Source: Rebecca billardiae RCC1528
Lineage: Eukaryota > Protista > Haptophyta
Assembly (NCBI GenBank): GCA_965240325.2
Contig: OZ251243.1
Location: forward strand, 682,001-746,000
Direction of reading: 5' to 3'
Length of the DNA stretch: 64,000 nucleotides
The notes beneath the pieces are model-generated. The model did not search any database, had not been told where the DNA came from, and was given only the letters and a program-made list of their open reading frames with translations. Made by a program: the position numbers and the translations under genes. Below, piece after piece: positions 61,471 to 64,000 of the stretch (positions are counted from its first letter, which is position 1; every line of letters begins with the position of its first letter).

Positions 61471-64000
61471 GATTTTGGGCGCCTCATTTCTCCCGGGATG
61501 TGCATGCTCGTCGCTCGTCGCGCTCGTCAAAAATCGCCACCGGCCGTCCGACGGCTCGCCGCGACGAAGGTCGGAAGGGGCTCGAGAGCCTCGACTGGAC
61601 GACTGCGCCGCCTCATGTCAGGTGTAGTGCTGGACACATCGTTCGGGTGCCCCGGCGGTGTGCGTGCACACCTTGAGCGACATGTCTGCGTTGCTTCCGC
61701 CGCCCGCGGTCCGTCGCCAGGTCGACTTCTCGCCCGACGGCGCGCGTCGAACGCTCAGCTGCTGGGTTGCGCTGCGCCTTCGAGAAGGGGCACCTCCGGG
61801 AATATGCGCGGCACGCGACGGCTCGCATGGGGCACCGCCTACCCCTAGCATGTACTCGATGCCACCACCAGCGTTGGGCGCGCTGCGCATCGCCAACGCT
61901 TCATCCGGCCAGTCCCGTCACGTTTGCGCATGGGTCGCCCAAGGCGGCGGCAGTCGATTTGTGCTTCTCGTGGAGCTGTATGACGGGCTGGGGGCGATCA
62001 GGACGGCTCGCCTTGCGGGGCTGGGTATGTACAGTTACATTGTAGTGGCTGCCGGCTGACTCCCATCCCCTGGGTGCTGCTTTACCGTCGTGGCCTTTGC
62101 TGCGAGCACAAGGTCAAGGATCGTACCGCGGTCTGCGAGGCAGAGTCGACGGAGTCGTCGCTTGAAGATGGTTGAGAGCGCTCATACGTCTTCCTTGGTG
62201 TCGTGCAGCTACTCCAGCACGCAAGGCTCGCGCTTTGGCACGTGTTTGGTGTCCATGGGTGGCACATTGTGCCATTCGGGTGGCTCGGAAGCACGTGCTC
62301 GGGTGTCTTCCCCGTTTACGTGCGGTGGGTCAAGTCACCACGCACGGCCAGAGCATGTCATGGCACGCGGAGGGTGCCCATGAACGATCCCCACCCCGGT
62401 GGTGGCCGTAGGCGCACTCGAAGCGGTCGCATCGTCACCCGCGGATCACATCAGTCCGCCGTTGAGGCTGTCGGGCGAGCAAGGACGTGCGATCTGACCC
62501 TTGGACGAGCAGCTAGAACCGCGATTATGCCTCGTCTAAGGACGCACATGTCGTCGTTGTAGGCAGTACGGATGCCCCAAGTGAAAGGGCGGGCGTGGCA
62601 CGCGACTTGACAGCTTGAATGACTCGATGCACGCCGCCATGGACACGCGATCCGGATCCGTTGCGAACCTGCCGTGTGGCTCACGGCGGCGCGCGTTGTG
62701 CCGCAGATCGGCCAGTCGCCACGCAGGAGATGGTCTCCAGACCAGGTCCAGCACCTGGCCGACTGCCGCACGCCTGGCCGGGTGGGAGTCCGGCCCTCTT
62801 CTTGTCTGCAGGAGTGCGCGGAACGCCAGGCGGAGCCTCGTCCGACCACTGCACCCCGAGCGCCGCACTAATCGTGCAGCCTGGGACAGCTACCCACCTA
62901 TGGCGAATATGTAACGACATAGTGACATTTAATTATACAGACTCAGAACGCATATTTATGCGGGTACATTGCCCATACTATGCGGGTACAAATGGGTAAT
63001 ATAGTCGATCTTGCAGTAGTTGAGTACGGCCACTTGCGCACAGACCAGAGCCCATCCTAATGGCCTGTACCAAGGTTCATGCTCGCCTCGACGTACGCCA
63101 ATAAGTAAGTTCGTGCATTTTGGCTCATTTCGGCTAAGTACTTACCCACATTCAGACTGACGATTCTCTATGTGTCCGTAGTTGTCCGCGGCGCGCGCGC
63201 GCACGCTCACGACGGGCCGCGGATGCGATTTTTAGGCCGAAACTTTTGCTCCGCCCGGGCTGGGCCCATTTGCTACGCTGTTTCCGGGTGTGAGCGCGCG
63301 CCTAGGGGCCCGCATTCATTTGGCGATAAAATCCCCGAAAGTGCTCCAGTGCGTTTGGACCAGGCTACCGATACTGCGACTGCAGCAGGCCAATGTCCTG
63401 ATCGATCGTCCACGACGAGTCGTTCTGCGTGTAGAAGCGCAGGACGCGCTGGTCGTGCATGGTGCGCAGCGCGGTGTGCAAGCGCGCGAACGCGCGCTCA
63501 GGCGAGTCCTCCAGCAAGAGCTCGTCCTGCGGCTCGGTGCCCGCAAAGAGCCTTTTCGGCTTTGAGCCTCCGATCGCCCTCGGTCGCTCGGCGACTCGGC
63601 GTGTGCCGGGGCCGCCAAATAACGCTTACGGGTAAGATTCCCTCATTTGGTCATATCACTTATTCGGCCACGCCCGCACGGGGCGCATATCTGGTCGAAG
63701 CGAACCGCCGTTTTTGTAAGTTTGTATAATAAGTTAATCTCATAAATGGTACGGCGAAACGGTGCGAAAACGCGTGCCTAGGCGTTTTTGATTAGGCGAA
63801 GATCTGGCAGCCTGGCAGGGTTCATTTCGCGGGTACCAATGGACAAACGAGCCGCGATGACGAACGTCGTGCCATAATACGTTGATACTGAAACGTTGTT
63901 TTTGAAGTGTGGTTCTCTTCAGAGGAGAAGGATAATAGGAGACGATACTTTACTCTTTGAATTGGAATCAGCAAACCAAAAGTGTATATCAGCAGGAGAA

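Noticed and set aside
61500-64000. Possible transposase or Fanzor-like gene in the terminal region
   Set aside because: Only short broken ORFs; no RuvC, DDE or HUH motifs or convincing termini could be identified.

Overview
High-GC eukaryotic nuclear DNA with two 100-N assembly gaps. GT..AG introns, bipartite signal/transit presequences and the gene content suggest a complex-plastid alga, probably a haptophyte (inference). The right third is a compact gene island: two DnaJ-type zinc-finger proteins, TerC, NOP56, RFC3 and a head-to-head pair of secreted PhyH-like dioxygenases. The left two-thirds is a transposon-rich zone with interspersed, mostly intronless genes: a subtilisin with a proline stalk, a Ser-Pro3 extensin, a TBL/SGNH esterase, an FkbM methyltransferase, a sulfotransferase, a stand-alone lipoyl-domain protein and an MMACHC/CblC homolog. 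Mobile DNA delimited by eye includes three Helentron/HINE-like elements with shared termini but unrelated interiors, a 7.2-kb split-direct-repeat (PAT/TOC1/Ngaro-like) retroelement carrying a 183-bp satellite, a second DIRS-type RT fragment, two foldback elements, two inverted copies of a 4-bp-TSD element, and hAT-like, CMC-like and TA-flanked elements. Comparing repeat copies shows a recurring micro-insertion signature (2-bp duplication plus one complementary base; also TA-CAG-TA) that looks like accumulated transposon excision footprints. No CRISPR, rRNA, tRNA, intact transposase or Fanzor-like gene was recognised. All family assignments come from motif recognition, not database searches.
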